Shown in pieces: positions 11,291 to 21,877 of a stretch of 22,671 bases of DNA. How positions within the stretch are numbered: the stretch's first letter is position 1; each line of letters opens with the position of its first letter. Below the pieces are notes generated by a model that saw only the letters and a program-made list of their open reading frames with translations, had not been told where the DNA came from and did not search any database. Made by a program: the position numbers and the translations under genes. Source of the DNA: Octopus sinensis (taxonomy: Eukaryota); assembly GCF_006345805.1 (NCBI RefSeq), contig NW_021836773.1, forward strand, positions 1 to 22,671, in the 5' to 3' direction.

Positions 11291-12253
11291 GGCTAAAAGC
11301 TGAAATGGAAGGACTGATTCTCGGTGTCTGACCACAAACAACTATAAAAATAAAATAATAAAATAAATCAGGCCCTTGCACCAAGTGCCGAATGTGCAAC
11401 CAGTGCAATTTCACTTCTAACCACATCACCTCTGGTTGTTCAGTCCTTGTCAAATCTGAATATATATACATTCATGGACCGACTTGTATCCAATGGACAA
11501 TATTCTGACACTACAACATAAAAACCGACAATAAATGGTATAAACATGTACCGATCTGGCCACAATCATCTGGGATATGCCTGTTCTATGTGACAAAGAA
11601 ATAAAAGATAATTGCCCAGATATAATCAGCAAGGATTGGAAAAAAGACCTGCTTACTGATAGACTTTGCAGTCTCTTCTGATGAAAATATTGCCCCAAAA
11701 GAAGTGGAGAAATTATCAAATTACAAAGACCTCGAAATTGAAATATTTAAGATGTGAGGTATGAAGGTGAAAACAATAACAGTAATAATTGGAGCATTGG
11801 GCATGATAAAAACATATAAGCAAAAACGTAGAAGCTATGCATGAACTCTCAGTTCTATATACTTTCTAAATAGTCCTGCTGAAAGCAGCCCACATCCTAT
11901 AGGTGACACTATCAATTCAATAATACAACCTAAGCAAAGCAATACACAAACTAAAGTCACACTCTGTATAGCAAATATCCAATAAAATAAACAATCACCA
12001 GCAGGCTAAATACCCACAGAAGAACACAACTCGCAATGCACACATAACACACATTACAAATGGTGTCTGGCTGCAGTCATTCTTGTATTAGTATAAAAAA
12101 AAGACTGCAACCAGACACCATAACACAATACTCCCCGAAAACAGAAAAATAACACAATTCTGCACACACACCAGCAACACAGAGGTGTAGCTGGTGATGC
12201 AGTAGAAATTTGCCTAAAACAACCAAATGCTCAATATCAACAACAACAGCAAT
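11289..12253 (+). mobile_element. R4/Dong-like LINE remnant B (5'-truncated: zinc knuckle, RLE domain and probable 3' UTR)
   Basis: GLKAEMEG..., KCRMCNQCNFTSNHITSGC (CCHC), W..H.P, NCPDII...DFAVSSD...EKLSNYKDLEIEI (PD-D/ExK), VIIGALGMI, IVLLKAAHIL, stop near 11921. Flanked by (AAT)n on both sides. The 3' UTR assignment (11924-12253) is inferred. Confidence 0.85.
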
Positions 12254-12279
12254 GATAATAATAATAATAATAATAATAA

Positions 12280-12340
<61 letters not shown>
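12254..12340. repeat. (AAT)n microsatellite
   Basis: Directly visible; separates LINE copies B and C. Confidence 0.97.
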
Positions 12341-12344
<4 letters not shown>

Positions 12345-13995
12345 GAACGAAGTTGCAGATAAAGAAGATACTACAGAGGAAATAAATATAGACCAGCCCT
12401 GGGCTGATGAAAACGCAGTAATGATTGAAAGAGTTAATGTAATTGATAGGCAAAGTGAAATACTCTCTGAACCAACCATAAACACTAAGGCAAAAGAAAA
12501 TCAAATACATGAAGAAAGTCACATAAATATTGACCCAGGAGAACAACATGAGCTAAAAAATCAAATCATGAGTGAATGGCTGAAAATTTAAGAAACCAGT
12601 ATGGATGAATGCGATACTCTCCCAAAAATTCGCAATTCTAACCAAAACCTGAAAACAATTCAGTGATGACATCAGAATGCAATTTGGCCTCGAAAATGTA
12701 CAAAAGCTGCCTTTATCAAAGGAAAAATGACAGAAACATCTAACGTTAACCTTGACCAGCAAAATGTCATAACAGAATTAGAACCAGCGGAGAGATACAA
12801 ATACCTAGGGGTACTTGAAGGGGACGGAATAAGGCATTCAGTGATGAGGGACAGGATCAGGAGATAATGTTATCGCAGGGTGAAAGCAATACTTAAGACA
12901 GAGCTGAATGCGAGAAACAGGATCGAAGTGATCAATGCTTTGGCCATATCAGTCGTGACTTACGGTTTCAATATCATTAACTGGTCAATTACTGAAATAT
13001 GTAATCTTGACAGAAAAATACGAAAATTGTTGACAATGCATAGAATGCACCACCCTAAGGCAGATATAGAACGACTCTATCTGCCAAGAAAAGAGGGAGG
13101 CCGTGGACTTTTACAACTGGCATTAATAATGAAGAGTGCCACAATTGGCCTAGACACCTACCTGAAAAACTCTGAGTACTGGATGTTAAAACCTGTCTCA
13201 AAATATGAAAACAAGAAAGCATCATACTCAGTAACAAATCAGGCAAAGGAATATCTAAGTGAATTCCGAATACAACAAATCTCGGAATTAGACATACAAG
13301 AAACAAGTACAGAAAAAGCTAAGCGCATGAAAATTCGTGCTAAAACTGCTGCCTTAGATATTCTGACTGATAAATGGTAAGAAAAACCTCTCAAGGACAA
13401 ATACCCAAAGAGAGCGAATAATGCCGATGTTGACAAAGCCCTGACCGATCAATGGCTAATGGCCTCTGGCTTAAAATCTGAAACAGAGGGGTTTATCATA
13501 GCAGCCTAAGATCAATGCCTACCTACAAGGAACTACCAGACGAACATATTAAAGAACGGCAAGTAGCCCAACATGTCGTGTATGTCAACAACAAAATGAA
13601 ACCATTGATCATGTTGTCTCCAAGTGCAGTCTTCTAGCACCTACAGAGTATCTCAACAGGTATGATAGAGCTGCACAATATATTCACTGGGTAATTTGCA
13701 AAAACCTGGATTTGCCCCATGAAAAAAACTGGTGGGAGCACAAACCACATCCATTGCTTGAAAATGACCACATCTCACTCTTCTGGAACTTCACCATTCA
13801 AACAGACATAAAGATAGATGCAAATGGGCCAGACATCATATTGAAAGACTTCAGACAAAGACCATGCCTCCTCATTGATATGACTGTCCCAATCGATATA
13901 AACGTACCTGTCAAGACCTACCAAAAGCTGAGCAAGTATGAACCTGAAGACTAAAATAATACCTGTTGTCATAGGTGCTCTAAGAATGATAGCAA
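12341..13995 (+). mobile_element. R4/Dong-like LINE remnant C (RT core deleted)
   Basis: Pre-RT segment (IMSEWLKI*ETSMDECDTLPKI) joined near 12645 to QFSDDIRMQFG, then YKYLG, MHHPKADIERLYLPRKEGGRGLLQL, WLMASGLKSETEGFIIAA, CRVCQQQNETIDHVVSKC, GPDII..LIDMTVP..KLSKY and PVVIGALRMI. Confidence 0.92.
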
Positions 13996-14194
13996 TGTGG
14001 CGAGACAGCGCCCCATCCACTGGGGTGGAGCCCTATATATGTCACAGAATCCGAGAAATCGGCCCAAGGAGCATTTGGCTTAGGACGTCCTTTGAACCCT
14101 TTTATGATGAATGCCTCAATATAAGCGCACCCTGACATACCCAGTGGATGTCTAAGATTCAGGTGATCACCTAAGGCAAGCAAGGTTTACAAAT

Positions 14195-14245
14195 CCATGT
14201 TTGAAATACTCGCTCAAGTTGTCGCACACAGGATTCGAACAACAG
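14195..14245 (-). mobile_element. Short SINE-head-like fragment with perfect B box
   Basis: Minus strand reads GTTCGAATCC (14240-14231), then tgtgtgcgacaacttgagcgagtattt, similar to the family 1 head segment tgcgtggcacattgggcaagtgtctt. Confidence 0.45.
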
Positions 14246-14329
14246 AATCTGAAAAAAAAAGTGACTGAGACTATTAAAGACCCATCCATGACTTGCCTTT
14301 GTTCAACAACGAACATGACTGGAGGTACG

Positions 14330-14520
14330 ATGATGATAATGATGTTAATGATGATGATGGTGGTGGTGGTGGTGGTGGTAAGGATTGATAACGATCGATT
14401 GTACTGGTGTTGTTGTTGTTGTGATGAGGACGACAACGGCGATGGCGTTTATAATTTCATATATAGCCACAAGGTGTATATAGAAGAGTGCAAAGGGTGC
14501 ATATCTGTATACACACACAC

Positions 14521-14568
<48 letters not shown>

Positions 14569-14574
14569 GTGTAT

Positions 14575-14610
<36 letters not shown>

Positions 14611-15102
14611 ATATATATATTATGCATGTGTAATATAAGGAGATAAATATATATGTATAATATATAAGAAAGATGATGATGATGAAGAACAAGAAAATAT
14701 CACATTAACCAGAAGTGCAACAACACACATTTATTAATGACAACGATATAAACAATAAAACAACATCAATACGAATAATAATAATGATAATAGTAAAAAT
14801 AATAATAATAATAATAATAATAATATAATAATAATAATAATAAAAATAAAAATAATAATAATAATAGTGAGGAAGACTGTCTGTATGTATTCATCAACTG
14901 CTTCTCCATCTCCACCGCCGCCAACGCCACTGCCACTTCCACCACCATCACCACCACATGCTCTCCTCAACACTACAATTTCTCGCCCCCACGCCAAATA
15001 TTCTCCATCCCCACCCCACCGGTAGAAATAATTCAGACACCACGAAATGAAATTGGTGAAGTAGTAATGGCACATACATACATACATACATACATTATAC
15101 AT

Positions 15103-15160
<58 letters not shown>

Positions 15161-15225
15161 TATATATATAATATATGCATACATACATACATATGAATAT
15201 ACATAAATATATATGTGTGTGTTGG
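14330..15225. repeat. Compound (GAT)n/(GGT)n/(TA)n/(AAT)n/(CCA)n low-complexity block
   Basis: Directly visible. Confidence 0.88.
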
Positions 15226-15239
15226 TATGTAGGGTGTAG

Positions 15240-15575
15240 TGTTATTTGGAGGAAGTTGTGATGGCAGGAGCTAAAAGCTGAAAGAAAATTGATCAAAACT
15301 ACGTCGGCTTGCTGGTGATAATATTAATATACATGGCGACCAAGAGTTAAAGATGGCGCCGTCTCATTTTTGCGATCGTCTGTTTTAAGTTATTATCACC
15401 TTTGTAATAATAAGCAGCAAGCCAAGACGTTCGACTATATATATATACGTATATGTACGCCTGTTTGCTCCTCTCTCTGTGTCTTCTTGCATTCGTTTCG
15501 TCCATTTATTTGTTTGTATGTTTGTAATTTTGCTTTTAATAAAGTATCTCTCTTCTCTTGTATTGTGGTAGAACA
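15240..15575 (+). mobile_element. Solo LTR (Gypsy- or BEL-type)
   Basis: Starts TGTT and ends AACA; 4-bp direct repeat GTAG on both sides (15236-39 and 15576-79); AATAAA at 15538-43, about 30 nt from the 3' end; TA-rich TATA-like run and YY1-like AAGATGGCG inside. Confidence 0.65.
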
Positions 15576-15614
15576 GTAGCGCTGGCTGTTATTGCTTTAG
15601 TCCTTATTATGACT

Positions 15615-15819
15615 CTGTGTGTCTGTGTATTATGCATATACATATACACTTATATACCTTTATATACATATATGTAAATACATATGTATATAAACGCACA
15701 CAGCATATATATATATGTGTGTGTATATATATATATATATATATAATGCGTGTATATATGTATATACACGGCAGTTACGTATATATATATATATATATAT
15801 AATGTATATGTATAAATAA

Positions 15820-15861
<42 letters not shown>

Positions 15862-15965
15862 ATCATATATATATATACGTAACTGTCGAACGAGAGACAT
15901 ATATACATAAGGACATACATATATATACATATATATATATTATGTATATGTGTATATATACATAT

Positions 15966-16000
<35 letters not shown>

Positions 16001-16411
16001 TTATGAAAAGCATCCTTCTGTGCTGTAGGCTATCTTTTTATTTCTCTCTTTCTTTAATGTGATGGGTGTGTAGCGGGGGATGGAGGGGGAAGATCGGGGT
16101 ACTTATAAATGTGTGTGAGTGTGTGTATATATATATTTTTGAGTGAGCGTGCCCGTGTGTTTAGGTGAGTGACGAAATGTGTTATTATTTCCTGTTGTCT
16201 AATTTACTTTGCAATGCGTGCATATATATACCTACATACAAACATACATACATACATACATACAAACGTACGTACATGTGTGTGTCTGTGTGTGTGTGTG
16301 TGCACGTCTGGATAGCCTAAGTAGGTGTGTGATGTACTTATGGAAGCTGCATAATTGTGTAAATAATTTCGGTTAATATATATCATATATATATAATTAT
16401 ATATATTTATA

Positions 16412-16500
<89 letters not shown>

Positions 16501-16560
16501 ATATATATGTGTGTATGCATACATGTATGTATGCATATATGTATGTATGTGTATATATGA
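15615..16560. repeat. (TA)n/(CA)n/(TATG)n microsatellite blocks
   Basis: Directly visible, with a short unique spacer at about 16010-16215. Confidence 0.88.
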
Positions 16561-16975
16561 GACAATGACGAGGATATATTTCGTGCGCTGTACTTAAATA
16601 TAACAGGGCGTGTATACAAAAGCATTGTAAACTAGTGACCTCTGCAGGTTAATACCTGCCAACATGGGTTCATATAGAGGGAAAATTACCCCCCAAATAT
16701 CATAAACAGCCCCCCCTTAATTTACCTTTCTGTCCCTCTGCTTCCCTTTCTTTTTTACCCCCCCCCCCACACAACTTGCACACAAACGGTATGAACACAA
16801 GCATACACCCTCTACACGCACACATCCATACACACACATCCAGGCGCACATATTAGATGTAGATGCATGTCTGTACGTCTGACTGTCTGGCTCACAATCT
16901 TTCTCTATCCACACACTCACACACACACATATATATATTCTCTCCACACGTTTATATACGTATGTTGCGTGAACG

Positions 16976-17045
<70 letters not shown>
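16976..17045. repeat. (TATC)n array, 5' flank of the Tx1-like element
   Basis: About 17 perfect TATC units. Confidence 0.97.
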
Positions 17046-18120
17046 AGCAACTCTGCCGTCCCGGGTCGACCTTGAGTGACTTCAACACAACCAAAGCATT
17101 CTATAGGGGATTAGTGGAGGGGAGGTACGACGACGAGCTCGGGGCAAACCTGGGCGTCGACGAGGAATACCTGACCCGCCTGTTTCAAACGACTTTCGGC
17201 CCGGGACCTATGGACAACTTCCAGAGATCCCTGGCCTGGCGGTGCTACCGAGAAGCGCTACCCGTTCGGGATAAGCTCTATAGGCATGGCTCGAGAAACA
17301 CGGGGCCGACCTGCCCGAGATGCGGGCAGAGCGACGAAACCGCTCTGCACGCAATCGTGCAGTGTCCAGCAATTTCCCACCTGTGGGCTTATGTCGAACG
17401 ACTGCTGTCACGTGTGGGACGTGTCGGTTTATCAGCCGAGTCTATCGTTAATCGTCACGCCTCCTTCCTTCAAACGGAAAGGAAGCTATTTTTATCATAC
17501 TTGTGGCTATGGCGAAAGAATGTATCTGGTGGACGCGTCTGAAAGGATTAGAGACAAACACTTTCCTCTCTGGTCAATCTCTCATCAACTTCTTCAAGTA
17601 TCACTTGAAGAAAAAGTGAGAGTAGAGAGGCAAGTTTTTGTCTAGTGAATGTTTAAAAAAAATGGGTGAATGTAGCAAGGATGGCACGTATGAATGACGA
17701 ACCACCTTGACTATGATTCTATGAACCGTAAAAATTAATACAGAGAGTTGCTTATTTGCAAAAAAAAAAAAAAAAAGAATATAACATGTGACTTCATTGA
17801 CCGAGGTTACCGTGGTCTTTTCCGTAGGCTTTTCTTTCCACGGGTAAACCTCGCCTGTCCTCCCCTTTACACTTCAATATTGACATTTCTGTGATAACGA
17901 TCCCTATTGATCAATTTTTTTCCTCTCCCCCCTTTTTTTTTTAACCCCCCCCCCCCTTTTTTTGTCCTCTTTCTCTCCTTTTTACGATCCATTTTGATCG
18001 ACCCCCCCCCTTTTTTTATTTTATTTTTATTTTATTATTTTTTTTTAAAAACCTTCAAAAGAAAAGCTCTACCTTGTAATTTTGTTCTATCTGTGTGCAG
18101 CCCTGTGGCTAATAAAGAAA
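17046..18120 (+). mobile_element. 5'-truncated Tx1/L1-clade LINE (ORF2 C-terminus and 3' UTR)
   Basis: LAWRCYREALPVRDKL...CPRCGQSDETALHAIVQC..LW (zf-RVT / CCHC domain). Frameshifted continuation ..AKECIWWTRLKG..KRWVNVAR to about 17710. 3' UTR ends with AATAAA (18111-16)+GAAA, then (CTAT)n. GC- and CpG-rich relative to its flanks. Confidence 0.88.
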
Positions 18121-18378
18121 CTATCTATCTATCTATCTACTATCTATCTATCTCTCTCTCCTCTCTCTCTCCGTCTCTCTCTCTCTTCTCTCTCTCTGTA
18201 TATATATAATTATATATATTATATATAATCTATTTCTATCTATATCTATCTATCTATCTGTATCTATCTGTATCTATCTATCGATTTATCTATCTGTCTA
18301 TCTATCTATCGATCTATCTATCCATCCATCCATCCATCCATCCATCCATCCATCCATCCATCCATCCATCCATCATCC

Positions 18379-18411
<33 letters not shown>

Positions 18412-18597
18412 CTATCTATCTATATATATATAGAATATATTATATTATATATATATATATATTATGTATAATAGTATGCATAAATGTGTACATGTGAGCG
18501 AGTATGCCTATGCGTACGTTATATGTACATCTTTGCTCATGCATATCTCATGATATATACTCATATACGTACATAATTATACATATGTATGTGAGTG

Positions 18598-18650
<53 letters not shown>

Positions 18651-18735
18651 ATATGCATGTATGTATGCTTGTATGTATGTATGTACGTATGTATATACAA
18701 ATATATATTCTCATGCACACACACACACACACACG
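18121..18735. repeat. (TATC)n/(CT)n/(CATC)n/(TA)n compound microsatellite
   Basis: Directly visible. Confidence 0.93.
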
Positions 18736-19059
18736 ATCTCACGTAAATTAAAGTTTTGGGAGGTGCTATGTTCCAAGCTAGTATTATAACAGGAAACGCA
18801 TTTTTTACGCGCTGCTTTATTTCTGTTCCTTTTCTTGTTAAAAGATAATGAAGACCTACATAAGATCTTAAAGGATTTTTTTAAGGGAGTGCGTGGGGTT
18901 CCCCCTGTTTTTTTATCTATTTTTTAATTTCACTCTCTTATATTTTATTTGTGTTTTTTCTTAAATTATATTTGTATTGCTTTTTATATTTTTTATACTC
19001 CTTTCAAAATGGCGGTTAGTGTATGAGAAAAAATATATTTTGTAGACAGAGGAATGAAA

Positions 19060-19206
19060 GCAATATATATATATTGTGTGTGTGTATATATATATAATTG
19101 AAATACCTATATGTGTATATAAATATGTAAATATGTATATACATATATGCATGTTTGTATATATAATATATATATAATTATGTGTGTGTATGTGTGTGAG
19201 TATATA

Positions 19207-19254
<48 letters not shown>

Positions 19255-19255
19255 A
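19060..19255. repeat. (TA)n/(TG)n microsatellite
   Basis: Directly visible. Confidence 0.92.
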
Positions 19256-19599
19256 AACCGCATACATGTTTGGGTAGACTAATGTTATGGTTTAGATTTT
19301 AGGGTTTATTAGAAGGGCTGGGTGATGAAGGGTGTAAAGGCTGTTGGCGGGGTGGTGTAGGTGGGGCTAGTATGGTGTTTTTTTCTTTTTGTTGGGGTTT
19401 GGGTGCCAGGGAGAAACGGGTATAGATTGGAATGAAGTGCGGTGTATTAGTGTGTATGTATTTGTTCATGGCTTTGTGTATGTGTGTGTGTGTGTGTTTG
19501 GAGGGGGTGTTTTGTTGAAACGGAGAGAGTCGTGTTTCGGGAGTTTTTCCTAGTTGGTTATTCAATATGGTAACACCATCGTAGACGGAAAATGATTAA

Positions 19600-19632
19600 A
19601 ATAATAATAATAACAATAATGATAATAATAAC

Positions 19633-19676
<44 letters not shown>

Positions 19677-19817
19677 TAGAGTGTTTTTAAATTTTGGCAC
19701 AAGGCCAGTAATTTTAGGGGCGGGGGCTGTAGCCGATTATATCGTACACCCGTGCTTGATCGGTACTTTTAAGTCCGAAAGAATGAAAGGCAAAGTTGAC
19801 CTGGGCGGTTCTCAAAC
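19600..19817 (-). mobile_element. SINE family 2, 3' portion with (ATT)n tail
   Basis: Minus strand reads ...gtcaactttgcctttcattctttcgga...gtaccgatcaagcacggg...ctggccttgtgccaaaattt, then an (ATT)n tail (19676-19600). Shares ctttgccttt with the fragment at about 845-855. Confidence 0.75.
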
Positions 19818-19878
19818 GATGGCGTGACAAACACAAACACGAAGACGCACACACACGTTCAGCCTCGTAATAAATATA

Positions 19879-20069
19879 GGAGCAGGCGTGGCTGTGTGGT
19901 AAGAAGTTTTCTTCCCAACCGCATAGTTCAGGGTTCAGTCCCACTACGTGGCACTTTAGGTAAGTGTCTTCTTGGGCCGATCAAAGCCTTGTGAGTGGAT
20001 TTGGTAAACCGAAATTGAAAAGAAATCCGTTGTGTATATATAAATACATATAAATAAACTGTATATGTA

Positions 20070-20114
<45 letters not shown>

Positions 20115-20513
20115 CACGTGATCACGTGACCGACCAGACCATCAGATGTTGTTACACATCGCTGGTCCAATGCGTTCGCATTGTTTTAGCCTTCGAATGA
20201 CGCCACCCCGCTGGCTAAGCGAGCAGGCCATAATATATATATATTATCTATATATATATATTATATTGTGTGTGTGTGTGTGTGTGTGGTGTGTGTGTTT
20301 GTGTGTTTTGCATTTGTGTAAATGTGTGCCGCTTGACAACTGATGTTGGTGTGTGCATGTCCCCGTAAATTAGCAAAAAAGTTCGGCAAAAGAGACCGAT
20401 AGAATAAGTAGTAGGCTTACAAAGAATAAGTCCTGGGAGCGATTACTTCGACTAAAGGCGGAACTCCAGCATGGCCGCATTCAAATGACTGAAACAAGTA
20501 AAAGAATAAAAGA
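19879..20513 (+). mobile_element. SINE family 1, full length, interrupted in its internal microsatellite
   Basis: Colinear with 4984-5387 (ggcgtggctgtgtggtaag...ggttcagtccc...gttcggcaaaagagaccgatagaataag...gactgaaacaagtaaaag). Extra insert at 20112-20230. Confidence 0.9.
20112..20230. other. Unidentified ~118-bp GC-richer structured insert within (TA)n
   Basis: Absent from the copy at 4984-5387. Begins with tandem TCACGTGA and contains several short hairpins. Confidence 0.6.
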
Positions 20514-20552
20514 CTATTTATGCGCGCACACATACATATATACATACATATA

Positions 20553-21086
20553 TCATCATCATCATCATTTAACATCTGTTTTCCATGCTGGCATTGATCG
20601 GATGGTTTAATGCGAACGAAAAATGTCCAGGGGCCGTGCCAGATTCCATAGTCTGTTTTGGTTTGATTTCTATGGCTGGTTACCCTTCCACACGCCAACC
20701 ACTTAACAGAGTGAACTGGGTGCTTTTCCAATAACATCAGGACCTATTCTTTTTACGTGCCACCAACACCAACACGTTTTACGTGGCACCTTCACCAGTT
20801 CTTTTTACGTGGCACCACCATTTGTACTTTTTACGTGGCACTATCTCCAGCGCTTTTTTACATGGCACTATCACCAGTACTCTCTACATGGCACCATCGC
20901 AAGTACTTTTTATGTAGCACCGTCTCAAATGATTCTTACGTGGCACCATCAACAGCGCTTTTTACGTGGACCATTCATCAAATCAACTCACAAGTTACGG
21001 ATTGTCCCGGGCCTATAATAGAAGACGCGCAATGTGCCACACGGCGAAAAGGAACTGAACTTGAAACCATAGCCATTCCATTTGGG
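20553..21086 (-). mobile_element. SINE with family-1 head, tandem-array body and RTE-like tail ending in (GAT)n
   Basis: Minus strand: head (atggtttcaagttcagttcc..gtggcac..gtcttctattatag..cttgtgagttgattt), array, then gcacccag..aagtggttggcgt..ggaaggg..ccagcc..gcatggaaaacagatgttaaatgatgatgat. The RTE-like tail is recalled similarity and was not searched. Confidence 0.75.
20750..20975. repeat. 26-bp minisatellite, 9 units, conserved core TTTTACGTGGCACCA
   Basis: Core positions at 20755, 20781, 20807, 20833, 20860, 20886, 20912, 20938 and 20964, giving a period of 26 (one of 27). Confidence 0.92.
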
Positions 21087-21092
21087 AAATAA

Positions 21093-21310
21093 GTATCACT
21101 CAAGTACTGGGGTCGATGTACTCAACTACTTTCTAATTAAGGCAAGAACTTTGAAAGTGTGTGAGGTGGGGTTGCACACATTCCAGGTACGTTGCGAAAG
21201 AAATTGGAGATGAACTGATTTTTAAAATGTTGTTTTCTGATTGAGGCGCAATGATAGAAATTTTGAGGGGCAGGGTTACAATGGCTGCCATCGACCCCGA
21301 TACTTGACAG
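21093..21310. mobile_element. Two facing fragments of the SINE family 2 central domain
   Basis: gtactggggtcgatg (+, 21104-18) and catcgaccccgatac (21289-303), which is a near reverse complement, plus aaattttgagggg similar to 19709-19720. Confidence 0.55.
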
Positions 21311-21488
21311 CACACCTTTGATGCAAATCTGATAAAGTTCTACTCTAACTTCTAAAACTGCAAACATTACGTAAATTTCCACTTCGAAATTTTGCATAAA
21401 CTGGCGTTGCAAGCAGAGCTGGGAGAGAAACAATTGTAACGAATCATTAAAGTTGTGTTAAAGAATTTCTTTGTCTTATTATTCGGAT

Positions 21489-21536
<48 letters not shown>

Positions 21537-21733
21537 TAGATATATAGTACAAAGTAAGATAGGGGTTATGGATGTAACCCACTATGGGGATGTTCTCATT
21601 TATAAAATGAATAAATAATCCAACATTATAATATCCGTAAGTTGATGAACAAACCAAATTTGTTTCTCCATGTTCTTATTTGTATTATATATATATATTA
21701 GAAGGTTTTGAGCTAATGTACAGGTATTATATA

Positions 21734-21877
21734 TTAGAAGAAATGAGGTACTCAGAAATTTGGATGGTTTTATATTTACAGATTTTTATTAATATGTTAC
21801 ATGTTTTTATAAATCATATATATCGCTTGCATCTACTCTAGTAGAATTTCCATCCTGATTTCTGAGTATCTTCTTTC

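Noticed and set aside
11678-12415. CTGATGA heptamers at about 11678 and 12404 as possible hammerhead cores
   Set aside because: They lie within LINE coding sequence and lack helix II, GAAA and NUH in the right arrangement.
14880-15050. Proline-rich reading frame (SSTASPSPPPPTPLPLPPPSPP)
   Set aside because: Derived from degenerate (CCA)n repeat; no splice sites or start context.
20750-20975. CRISPR-like repeat-spacer appearance
   Set aside because: Eukaryotic context, spacers only about 11 nt and related to each other, no cas genes, and the array lies inside a SINE.
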